13,264 nt of DNA from Patescibacteria group bacterium (GCA_041662745.1 JBAZRV010000010.1:1-13264); one strand, 5' to 3'; positions 6,017 through 12,941 are shown, numbered from the stretch's first letter. The notes: generated from the letters alone by a model not told the origin. Numbers and translations are program-made.

Positions 6017-7081
6017 TCAGTTGACTGGTGGCAAGAAAAAACCAATTTCCTCCGCCGCCCGCCAAGTTTCATCCAGTCTTTGCAAGTCAACCGGACCGAC
6101 TTCATGGAATTGCCACTCCTTGAAGGAGTGGATGAAGGTGCCGGCGTGACAGGCATAAGTGATGCCCGGCTTCAGCCTCATCGTAAAGTGGATATCAACT
6201 TTCTGAGGATCGTAGGCCAACAATCCGCCTTCAAAATGCTTGATATCCGGGCGCGCCCGAAAATCACGCTTTTTGAGAGGATTGGGCACGGCGAAATTCA
6301 GCACCACGGCATCATCCGGAATGTGTTTGTATAAATCTCTGCGGGAAGGAATGGCCTTACCCGTGATCCACAACTGGCATGACGACCCCCAGCTCAAGGA
6401 GTTTGTCCACTCCAATTTATCGGAACAGTCGCCCGCTTCCTTAGCGATGCTTTGAAACCGTTCCAAATCTTGAGTGTACATCAACACCCTGACTCCGCGC
6501 CGAGCCAAATCAATGGCCACGGCTCGACCGATCTTTGAAGTTGATCCGGTCAGGAAAACCGGTCCCTTGATTTGATACTTCTCAATCAGGGCCAGGGCCT
6601 GCCGAATAACCGTTGCCGCGGTCAAGGTATCGCCATGGACTATCCAAGCCCATAAACGGTCGGATAACTCCTTGACGATCCAAGATCCTCCGTCAGTTAT
6701 CCTAATGTCTTTGATCAGAGCACCTAAGCCGATGACCTTGACTCCCTTTCTCTGAAGTTCAAGAACGGCGTCCAGGATTCGTTTCTTGATGCCGTTTCGG
6801 CGCGTCGGCAAAAAAAAGTGCCAACCGAAATTGCGCAACAGAACGGTCCGGCAGTCAATTTCTTCTCCGGCCGGCGTCTTAAACACAAATCTGTCAACCG
6901 TATCAAACGGCTTTTTTCCGACAAGATACTTCACCGACATCACCCAGCACATCGGGTAGAGCCAAAAAAACCAATAACGCCATTCCGGATGCCGGTGGAG
7001 GCAAGAGAATGGCCAAAGCAGCCAGTTCCAGCTTTCCACCCAGTGAGCCAAAAACGCCATTTTCCGTTCATTCGTTTCCAT
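6017..7081 (-). CDS. NAD(P)-binding Rossmann oxidoreductase resembling the long-chain acyl-ACP reductase family, with a Trp-rich hydrophobic N-terminal extension
   Basis: 354 aa. GGAG Shine-Dalgarno sits 9 nt upstream of the ATG. Dinucleotide-binding motif TGSTSKIGRAV. The C-terminal block ITYACHAGTFIHSFKEW...VDLQRLDETWRAAEEIGF parallels, from my memory of it, the cyanobacterial acyl-ACP reductase block containing the catalytic Cys (FACFAEAMLLEFEGW...). The family assignment rests on recollection and is not a search result. Confidence 0.5.
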   Translation of the reverse strand: METNERKMAFLAHWVESWNWLLWPFSCLHRHPEWRYWFFWLYPMCWVMSVKYLVGKKPFDTVDRFVFKTPAGEEIDCRTVLLRNFGWHFFLPTRRNGIKKRILDAVLELQRKGVKVIGLGALIKDIRITDGGSWIVKELSDRLWAWIVHGDTLTAATVIRQALALIEKYQIKGPVFLTGSTSKIGRAVAIDLARRGVRVLMYTQDLERFQSIAKEAGDCSDKLEWTNSLSWGSSCQLWITGKAIPSRRDLYKHIPDDAVVLNFAVPNPLKKRDFRARPDIKHFEGGLLAYDPQKVDIHFTMRLKPGITYACHAGTFIHSFKEWQFHEVGPVDLQRLDETWRAAEEIGFFLPPVN

Positions 7082-7155
7082 GGCTTATAACTCCTATGTT
7101 GTAACGTTTGTTGTAACGTTCAAGTGTTAAAACCGGCAACTTACCGATTAGTAAT

Positions 7156-7198
7156 ATAATATCATATTAGCGTTATTTTGTCAATAGAATTATCCACA
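7156..7198 (-). promoter_or_regulatory. Promoter cassette copy 1: TGTGGATAA (DnaA-box-like), TTGACA, 17 nt spacer, TATTAT
   Basis: Minus strand reads GTGGATAATTctaTTGACAAAATAacgCTaATATGATATTAT. -35 at 7179-7184, -10 at 7156-7161, ttatccaca at 7190-7198. Near-identical to 8905-8947. Confidence 0.6.
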
Positions 7199-7207
7199 GG
7201 CTACTAC

Positions 7208-7235
7208 TTGACAAATTTTTTACATATGGTATAAT
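7208..7235 (+). promoter_or_regulatory. Sigma70-type promoter with extended -10 for the small membrane protein gene
   Basis: TTGACA (7208-7213), 16 nt spacer, TGgTATAAT (-10 hexamer at 7230-7235). Divergent from the 7156-7198 promoter. Confidence 0.65.
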
Positions 7236-7299
7236 GTAAACATGTTGGAACATTCAATCTAATAGCGTAGCAATACGCAAACCAAGAAGGATGAGAAAA

Positions 7300-7530
7300 A
7301 TGAAAACTTTGCAAGAGATCACGATGCGTTTGCTGGGAGCAGTTGGTGGCGCGGTTTTCGGGTTGGTGGTCCTGGCCTATTTCTTTATTTCCGCCCTGGC
7401 GGACTACCGGAATTGCTGGCTGGGATGGAAAGACACGGCCAAGGGCTTGGCTGGCTGGGCGGTTTTCATTATCGCCGCCATCGGCTACTACCCCGTTATG
7501 GCTGTGGAACACGTAGTCAACGGCGACTAA
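7300..7530 (+). CDS. Small two-TM membrane protein (hypothetical)
   Basis: The ORF 7291-7530 has an AAGGA Shine-Dalgarno best spaced (8 nt) for the ATG at 7300. Two hydrophobic helices (LLGAVGGAVFGLVVLAYFFI and WAVFIIAAIGYYPVMAV). It has its own consensus promoter and terminator. Confidence 0.6.
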   Translation: MKTLQEITMRLLGAVGGAVFGLVVLAYFFISALADYRNCWLGWKDTAKGLAGWAVFIIAAIGYYPVMAVEHVVNGD

Positions 7531-7555
7531 ACCGTCGGCGGATAAACATGCACCG

Positions 7556-7590
7556 AAGATCGGCGAGCATTCAGCTTGCCGATCTTTTTA
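7556..7590 (+). terminator. Rho-independent terminator of the small membrane protein gene
   Basis: Stem aagatcggc (7556-7564) pairs with gccgatctt (7578-7586), followed by ttttaatttatttt. Confidence 0.7.
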
Positions 7591-7599
7591 ATTTATTTT

Positions 7600-7629
7600 A
7601 AAAGCCGGCGTCCATTTATGAACGCCGGC
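7600..7629 (-). terminator. Rho-independent terminator of the FadL-like gene
   Basis: Stem gccggcgt (7604-7611) pairs with acgccggc (7622-7629). TTTT follows on the minus strand. Confidence 0.65.
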
Positions 7630-7651
7630 GCAAAGATGCAAAGGACTCGGA

Positions 7652-8821
7652 TTAGAACCTCCAGCTTCCGGAAAGGCCGAAAGTCAAGATCTCGGTTGAC
7701 ATTTTTCTTCCGGAAACCTCATTGCTTCCCCAGCCGTAACTAGTGGAAGCAATCAAGCTGAAATGCTTAGTCGGCGAATACTTGATCCGTCCACCGAGAG
7801 CCCAGCCATCAACGTCAGGCGTCATATAGTCAGCCGTCTTGGTAATGGCCTTGCTCATGTAAGTCACCCCGCCGCCGGCCGTTAACTTGTCGCTGAACTT
7901 ATGGCTGGCGCCCAAATGAATGGCGATATTGTCCTGCCAATTCATGTTGACCGCTTTGGTAATCGGCAATTTATCAAAATTCACCATGGCTCGGTTCAAA
8001 CTATTCCGACTATATCCGAAATAAGTTACTTGACCGACCAATAGCCAATCTTCCCGTGGCTGATAACCGACGGAAAAATCAACTTTTTCGGGGAACTTGA
8101 ATTTCAAGTCAATGCCATCGCGTATTTTTAGCCCCAATAAACCGGCGGTGCAACGGCCTTCAAGTCTTACCGTAACCGGCGAAAGATAATTGACGCCGAA
8201 CGCCAGTTTATCCGTCGCTTGATACATAGCGCCTGCTTGCCAGCCATAACCAAAACCCAAAGCCTTCAGGTTAACCCGAACCGGCAAAGGTATGCGACTT
8301 ACATCAAACGGTCCGACCCAAGTCATCATGCCCATGGCAATAACCGGGCCAGCGCCGATTGACAAGCGATCAGTCAGCTGCTTGGAAATAAATGGCTTGA
8401 TATAGGTTCCGGACACAAGCGTCTGAGAATCCATGCCGTACCAAATATTCTTGAAGCTGGCGCCCAGGCCGTAGTTGGTGTGGATGTCCACGCCCCAGAC
8501 GGTTGACTCGTCAATCCTCTCGGCATAAGAAACCGCCGGCAGGACATGAGCCATATTCTTGGAAGTAAACTTTTTGCCGCGCTTATCCTCATAAGTGAAT
8601 TTGGGGACCATGACTTCGGTCCCCACCTCAACCAAGCGCTTGCCATTCAATTGCAACTTACTCCCCAGATTATGGGGAAACCACATTCCCGACGGATCGG
8701 ATCCCAGTCCGATATCGGTCGTGCCGGTCGCCGCCACGCGACTCAAGCCGCCAGCAAACGCCGACTGATCAAGACACAAAAAAATAGCAAAGACAACCGC
8801 GATAATAACGCTTTTCTTCAT
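7652..8821 (-). CDS. Outer-membrane beta-barrel protein, FadL/OmpP1/TodX-like (hydrophobic-compound transporter family)
   Basis: I chose the start at ATG 8821 (MKKSVIIAVVFAIFLCLDQSAFA, a signal peptide), with AGGAGA 6 nt upstream. The sequence shows an alternating beta-strand pattern rich in G/Y/S/T and a terminal ...LSGSWRF aromatic signature typical of OMPs. The FadL-family call comes from overall length and pattern and is not a search result. Confidence 0.55.
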   Translation of the reverse strand: MKKSVIIAVVFAIFLCLDQSAFAGGLSRVAATGTTDIGLGSDPSGMWFPHNLGSKLQLNGKRLVEVGTEVMVPKFTYEDKRGKKFTSKNMAHVLPAVSYAERIDESTVWGVDIHTNYGLGASFKNIWYGMDSQTLVSGTYIKPFISKQLTDRLSIGAGPVIAMGMMTWVGPFDVSRIPLPVRVNLKALGFGYGWQAGAMYQATDKLAFGVNYLSPVTVRLEGRCTAGLLGLKIRDGIDLKFKFPEKVDFSVGYQPREDWLLVGQVTYFGYSRNSLNRAMVNFDKLPITKAVNMNWQDNIAIHLGASHKFSDKLTAGGGVTYMSKAITKTADYMTPDVDGWALGGRIKYSPTKHFSLIASTSYGWGSNEVSGRKMSTEILTFGLSGSWRF

Positions 8822-8904
8822 CTCAGTTCTCCTCATTTTTATCCCCAAGGGGATGATCTTATGTACTAAAGGCATTCAAACAACATAGTTTATGCCAATA
8901 TATA

Positions 8905-8947
8905 ATTATATCATATCAGTGATATTTTGTCAAGACAATTATCCACA
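8905..8947 (-). promoter_or_regulatory. Promoter cassette copy 2: TGTGGATAA (DnaA-box-like), TTGACA, 17 nt spacer, TATAAT
   Basis: Minus strand reads GTGGATAATTgtcTTGACAAAATAtcaCTgATATGATATAAT. -35 at 8928-8933, -10 at 8905-8910, ttatccaca at 8939-8947. Confidence 0.6.
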
Positions 8948-8950
8948 ACT

Positions 8951-8979
8951 AAAAATCGTCGCAATAAGCGACGATTTTT
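8951..8979 (-). terminator. Rho-independent (bidirectional-looking) terminator of the 306-aa gene
   Basis: Stem atcgtcgc (8955-8962) pairs with gcgacgat (8968-8975). It is flanked by A5 and T4 tracts. Confidence 0.65.
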
Positions 8980-8994
8980 CTAACATTTTAATTA

Positions 8995-9912
8995 TTATTT
9001 TGATTTAAACCAGCTTTTAACCTTCTGCCAACCGCGCCGGATAATCCCTTCACCCGTCTCGGATGAAGCCGTTGAAGAAATGTATTCTCCCACCTGATTC
9101 TCTTTGATTGAGGACTTTAAAACATCATGCGCCCTCTGCCTGATACCGGCATACTCGGGCAAAGAGGCGGCATTGGCCTTAAAAGCGGCCTCGGATTTTT
9201 GTTCCAAATCCTTACCTCGCAAAGATAAGAAATCAGGATGTTCCCCATCCCCTTTTAGTGTCGGGGCTTTAACATGCTCCATCATTAAATCCAAGGCTTG
9301 CTCCATGTCCGATCCTTCGTACAGATCCTTTCCCTCCCTAATCGGTTGAACTTTCTTAACAACTTTTTCCAGCTGGCTTATATTGAAACTATGCTCCACC
9401 GCCTGCGTTAGGTATTGCAATTTATATTCCTCAAATTTTTCCCGATGCCGGTTGTATCTCTCGGCCAACAGCCCCTTGACAATCTCTCTGACTTTTTGCC
9501 TTAGCTGCAAATCACGGCCGCGGGTGATTAAATCGGTTTTTTCGCCCAAAACTTTCCTTTCCGTTTCGTAGGCCCCGCTGATTGAGCCCAAAACTATCTT
9601 ATCCAAATTATCCTTCAGGTATTTTTCCGCTTCAGCAATTTTCCCGACAATATATTCCGGCGGAAAAAAATCCTTAGAACCCTGAATGCCCTTGGTTTTA
9701 GAAACGGCCTGGCGTAAATCCTCTAACGATTTCGCTTCGTCAATTGCCTTTTTTAATTTCTCTAATTTTTTACTATTTTCATATTGAGACAACTTCTCCT
9801 CATAGGCCTCATCGTCTAAAAAGGACTCACCGCCGAATTCCTGATCTATTATCGGCTCATCTACTTCTTGGCTGGTGAACGGTTTAGATTCCTGATTTTT
9901 GTTCCTAATCAT
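8995..9912 (-). CDS. Hypothetical soluble, highly charged (K/E-rich, likely helical) protein
   Basis: Long ORF. The ORF-track start at 9954 is a TTG. The first ATG is at 9912 (MIRNKNQESK...). No recognisable domain, TM helix or signal peptide. The start is uncertain. Confidence 0.55.
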   Translation of the reverse strand: MIRNKNQESKPFTSQEVDEPIIDQEFGGESFLDDEAYEEKLSQYENSKKLEKLKKAIDEAKSLEDLRQAVSKTKGIQGSKDFFPPEYIVGKIAEAEKYLKDNLDKIVLGSISGAYETERKVLGEKTDLITRGRDLQLRQKVREIVKGLLAERYNRHREKFEEYKLQYLTQAVEHSFNISQLEKVVKKVQPIREGKDLYEGSDMEQALDLMMEHVKAPTLKGDGEHPDFLSLRGKDLEQKSEAAFKANAASLPEYAGIRQRAHDVLKSSIKENQVGEYISSTASSETGEGIIRRGWQKVKSWFKSK

Positions 9913-9978
9913 ATGATTATAGATTAAACGCCAAAAGGCATAAAAACTAAACAAATAGCGGAACTGGACTTGAAACTA

Positions 9979-10004
9979 AATTGGTTTTAATATTTACTAG
10001 CACG
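9979..10004. repeat. 26-nt direct repeat flanking element B (copy 1)
   Basis: aattggttttaatatttactagcacg is identical to 10191-10216. Confidence 0.9.
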
Positions 10005-10016
10005 GGGTGAAGGAAT

Positions 10017-10160
10017 TACGCGCTCACTCGGCGCCAAAAAGCGCCTCGTTCACTTGTCCAGGGTCAGCGCCAATCATTATCAATGATTGGCGACGCTCGA
10101 CTGCTCTTTTCGCCTTCCGGCTCAAAGCTTGTCTCGCTTCTGACCTGTTCGATTCTCGCC
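10017..10160 (-). ncRNA. Unclassified structured RNA-like element, copy B
   Basis: Homolog of 188-336. Helices (plus-strand coordinates): 10062-10067/10140-10145, 10068-10076/10084-10092, 10106-10114/10119-10127 and 10030-10034/10041-10045. Read on the minus strand, one hairpin is CTTT-GA-GCC-GGAA-GGC-GA-AAAG, that is tandem G.A pairs plus a GNRA tetraloop. Confidence 0.55.
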
Positions 10161-10163
10161 CCG

Positions 10164-10192
10164 ATATTAAATATTTAAAACCAACTTGATAA
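10164..10192 (-). promoter_or_regulatory. Candidate promoter for element B
   Basis: Minus strand reads TTATCA (10187-10192), 17 nt spacer, TAATAT (10164-10169). This places a start about 7 nt downstream, at the beginning of the conserved GAATCGAACAGG block. The -35 is weak. Confidence 0.35.
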
Positions 10193-10216
10193 TTGGTTTT
10201 AATATTTACTAGCACG
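10191..10216. repeat. 26-nt direct repeat flanking element B (copy 2)
   Basis: Identical to 9979-10004. A degenerate third copy (aattggtttt..ttact) lies at 10266-10280. Confidence 0.9.
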
Positions 10217-10438
10217 AATTGCTGGATTAGAATGGAACCCGTTTATCCGTTTAATCCGTAATGTTAATTGGTTTTTTACTGACTTTGATTTTGACAGATT
10301 CTACGCCACAATCTAATAAAGAATTACTGCTTTTTTAGCCAAGAGTATACTTATGTGATTCTTACCAGACATGACCAGTTTAAGGCGATTAAAAGACACT
10401 AGATGAACAAGATGACCTCTTAATGGTTTAGATTGCCC

Positions 10439-12013
10439 CTAACTTACTGGCTGAGTATAATTATTTTGGCTATTAGATGAATAGGATTGGGAAAATGCCA
10501 GATAACCCATTAATATTAAATTTAACGGAGCAACTATCATTAGAAGTCCAAGCCATTTGGATTTACCTAGTTTTTCAGTTATATCCATCCATGGAACAAG
10601 GGCGACTATAATGTTAGCTATAGGAACAAACATTAGTAGGAACCACCAATACGGTCTGCCTGCGCATTTCAATATTAAGAAAAGATTAGCGATTGGCACC
10701 CAAGCCATCCAAAGACCATTAATTACTAATTTTTTAGCGATAAATTGCAGGCATAGGGCACAATAAACATATAGCAGAAGAAAAAGAATAATAATTATGA
10801 CAACGAAATATCCACCAAAATCAGATATAATCGTATTAGCTAAGGCGTTAAATGAGCTGGTAGTATTTATTGGTTCAACTACTGCTGGCACTATAATGTC
10901 GGTAGCCGTTGAATTTATGATATCAGCCGTAGGCGTAGCCACTAAATTATTAATATCATCGGTGCTGGAAATTGGAGTATTTCCAGCCGATGCCATCTGA
11001 CCTGCCAATACTACTTGCGTTGGTGTAAATTTTCCATCGCCAACTGGATTAAAGCCGCCATAAATCTCAGTCATATCGCCATAACCATCGCCATCAGTGT
11101 CAAATTTATTCGGATCAGTGCCCCATTTGGCTTCATTAACATCAAGTAAACCATCACCATCAGTGTCAATTAGGTTGCCGACTGACATGCAAATAGATGC
11201 GCAACTGTTGCTTTGACATGGCGTAATCTTTTCCCATTTGCAATCTTTAGTTAAAAATGCAATGCCAGTTTTTCCCTCGGGAGTTTTGTGGCAATAATAT
11301 CCGTCGCTTTTCTCACAACTCTTAGTGCAATAAGCATGGCCATACGTGTCGGGTAAAATCTCGCATAAACCTGGACACTTAATATCCTCACTTGCGACAG
11401 TGCCATTTGGTAGGCAATATCTTTCTGTTATCGTCTGTGGTTCAAGTCCGCAAGTATCTGATATATTTTCTATTTTGCCGTTAATTGTGATGATTCCAGC
11501 TTTAAAAATATCCTTGCCTCCGTCGGAATCAGTACAAGTACTACCACTTCCACCACTAGCCGTCTTGATACAAGCGCCATTAAGACAGCCATTCGGACAC
11601 TTATATGGGGTTATTTTAATTGTATAATTGCCTGATGAATTTTTACCACAGCTCGTTTCACTGACAGTGCTCTTGTCTGTGCAGGCATCGGCGCCAGTCG
11701 CCTGTTCGCCATTGCCTTTAGCAGAAACTGTGCCTTTGACAAAATAATCCGTTCCGCCATCCGTGTCCGTGCATGTATAGGGAGTACTATCCTCAATACA
11801 GGCTCCATCCTTACAACCGACATAACAAGAGTATGAACTTTCGGCTGCGCCAAATCCGCTACCGATTTCAGCCGCGGATTTTATTGTGCAATCCGTATCC
11901 TGAAAGCCGACATGGTTATTGTCAATACAAACCATTTTCATCTCACAAGTGGCGGCCAGAGCACTGGAGCACAGCAAAAAAATACTTATACTGGCAATAA
12001 TAATTTTTTTCAT
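10439..12013 (-). CDS. Secreted Cys-rich modular protein with thrombospondin-type-3-like Ca-binding repeats, fused to a C-terminal multi-TM domain (DUF5684-like)
   Basis: I chose the start at ATG 12013 (MKKIIIASISIFLLCSSALA, a signal peptide). Repeated modules CTD[TS]DGGxDxF...CPNGCLNGAC. DTDGDGLLD and DTDGDGYGD repeats. The C-terminal region WMAWVPIANLFLILKCAGRPYWWFLLMFVPIANII matches my recollection of the DUF5684 signature. Confidence 0.65.
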   Translation of the reverse strand: MKKIIIASISIFLLCSSALAATCEMKMVCIDNNHVGFQDTDCTIKSAAEIGSGFGAAESSYSCYVGCKDGACIEDSTPYTCTDTDGGTDYFVKGTVSAKGNGEQATGADACTDKSTVSETSCGKNSSGNYTIKITPYKCPNGCLNGACIKTASGGSGSTCTDSDGGKDIFKAGIITINGKIENISDTCGLEPQTITERYCLPNGTVASEDIKCPGLCEILPDTYGHAYCTKSCEKSDGYYCHKTPEGKTGIAFLTKDCKWEKITPCQSNSCASICMSVGNLIDTDGDGLLDVNEAKWGTDPNKFDTDGDGYGDMTEIYGGFNPVGDGKFTPTQVVLAGQMASAGNTPISSTDDINNLVATPTADIINSTATDIIVPAVVEPINTTSSFNALANTIISDFGGYFVVIIIILFLLLYVYCALCLQFIAKKLVINGLWMAWVPIANLFLILKCAGRPYWWFLLMFVPIANIIVALVPWMDITEKLGKSKWLGLLMIVAPLNLILMGYLAFSQSYSSNSQNNYTQPVS

Positions 12014-12023
12014 AGTTGTTAAA

Positions 12024-12872
12024 TTAATTTGGCTTATAAGCCGACATATATAAAACAAACGATAAAGTAGATAAAAATACTAATGCCAATTTCAATTCTT
12101 CTGATGTAAAAGCTGGATTATTTTCAGGAAAAATCGGCCACCTTACTTTCTTTTCTGATGTTAAATTTTTGAAAAAATCAATTAAAGTATTGTCGTCTTG
12201 GTTTTCATTGATATTCTCAAATAATTTAATATCTAAGCCATTTATAGCATATGACCACGCTGGGTGATAAGAATAAGCCTGATTAATATTATTAGCGTTA
12301 TCCGTGATGCTCCAAAATGCGTTTCCAATGATTGCGGGCAAGAAGAAATTGCCAGTGATTTTTCCGATTAATTCCATACTGCCATTAAGCACTAAGTGTT
12401 TAGGAATATCCACAGTCGCCATCTTTGTATTATTTTTTATAAATTCAACTATGCCATTACTTATATTTGCCTGAATGCTGTTATTTGATCCGTCTTTCAA
12501 TAAAAATGAACCATTCAATGATTTACCGCTATTATCAAGAAAACGATATTTTAACTTAAGATGACTCAAGCCAGCGATATTTTGACCGTCATAATAACAG
12601 CATATAGCATCAATATTGACATCTAATAATAATCTACTTGCTTTTGTTATTTGAGCGATATCAAGTAGTCCAGTTTTGTCGAGAATATTACCTTTCAATA
12701 AATTTGTTTTTCCAGAAATAATACTATCTACTCTTGGGATAATGCTGTTTGTCGATTTCTTTAAGGTGCGACCAACCTTGCCCATCCAAATAAATTGGCG
12801 AATAATTATTGCCGCAACTGCAAGCCAGACTAATGAAAATGCAATCAAAAAAAGTATTTCTCCAGTAGACAT
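12024..12872 (-). CDS. Hypothetical membrane-anchored protein (N-terminal TM helix, possible C-terminal TM helix)
   Basis: 282-aa ORF ending 10 nt upstream of the next gene's start. N-rich, low-GC. No recognisable domain and no clear Shine-Dalgarno. Confidence 0.55.
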   Translation of the reverse strand: MSTGEILFLIAFSLVWLAVAAIIIRQFIWMGKVGRTLKKSTNSIIPRVDSIISGKTNLLKGNILDKTGLLDIAQITKASRLLLDVNIDAICCYYDGQNIAGLSHLKLKYRFLDNSGKSLNGSFLLKDGSNNSIQANISNGIVEFIKNNTKMATVDIPKHLVLNGSMELIGKITGNFFLPAIIGNAFWSITDNANNINQAYSYHPAWSYAINGLDIKLFENINENQDDNTLIDFFKNLTSEKKVRWPIFPENNPAFTSEELKLALVFLSTLSFVLYMSAYKPN

Positions 12873-12913
12873 AATTATTAATTATTTTAGAAACTAAGTA
12901 GAATTACTAATTT

Positions 12914-12941
12914 TATTATAGCAGAAATAACTGAATAACCA
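12914..12941 (-). promoter_or_regulatory. Candidate promoter for the 12872/12013 two-gene unit
   Basis: Minus strand reads TTGGTT (12936-12941), 16 nt spacer, TATAAT (12914-12919). Confidence 0.4.

Noticed and set aside
4166-6455. Overlapping ORFs in the kinase and reductase genes (4166-4516, 5719-5916, 5969-6334, 6240-6455, 6724-6924, 6818-7090)
   Set aside because: These are shadow ORFs of longer genes with recognisable domains. They have no independent expression signals.
7204-7512. 102-aa minus-strand ORF opposite the small membrane protein gene
   Set aside because: The plus-strand ORF has a consensus promoter, a Shine-Dalgarno, two clean TM helices and a terminator. The minus-strand ORF has none of these and would start inside the plus-strand promoter.
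7190-8947. Replication origin (oriC), on the basis of perfect TTATCCACA boxes
   Set aside because: There are only two perfect boxes, 1.75 kb apart, plus one 8/9 match inside gatA at 2528-2536. Each perfect box is embedded in a duplicated promoter cassette. There is no AT-rich unwinding element cluster and no dnaA or dnaN nearby.
8374-9571. Shadow ORFs in the OMP and 306-aa genes (8374-8646, 8546-8869, 9104-9349, 9383-9571)
   Set aside because: They are contained in longer ORFs with better coding features. They have no start-site signals.
188-10160. The two copies as the ends of one 10-kb composite mobile element
   Set aside because: The intervening DNA carries core housekeeping genes (gatCA and tRNA-Ser) at normal composition. 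Each copy has its own private pair of flanking repeats.
10007-10215. 60-aa (plus) and 63-aa (minus) ORFs covering element B
   Set aside because: The reasoning is the same as for copy A. The frames are not conserved between the two copies, and indels of lengths not divisible by three occur in the variable hairpins.
10261-10338. 25-aa hydrophobic plus-strand mini-ORF (MLIGFLLTLILTDSTPQSNKELLLF) as a possible type I toxin
   Set aside because: No Shine-Dalgarno, promoter or antisense RNA partner is discernible. It overlaps the decayed third copy of the 26-nt repeat. The evidence is too weak to call.
10557-12000. Plus-strand ORFs inside the Cys-rich protein gene (10557-10766, 10797-11000, 11346-11627, 11773-12000), and 12676-12897 in the next gene
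   Set aside because: These are shadow ORFs opposite long minus-strand genes with signal peptide, repeat and TM architecture.
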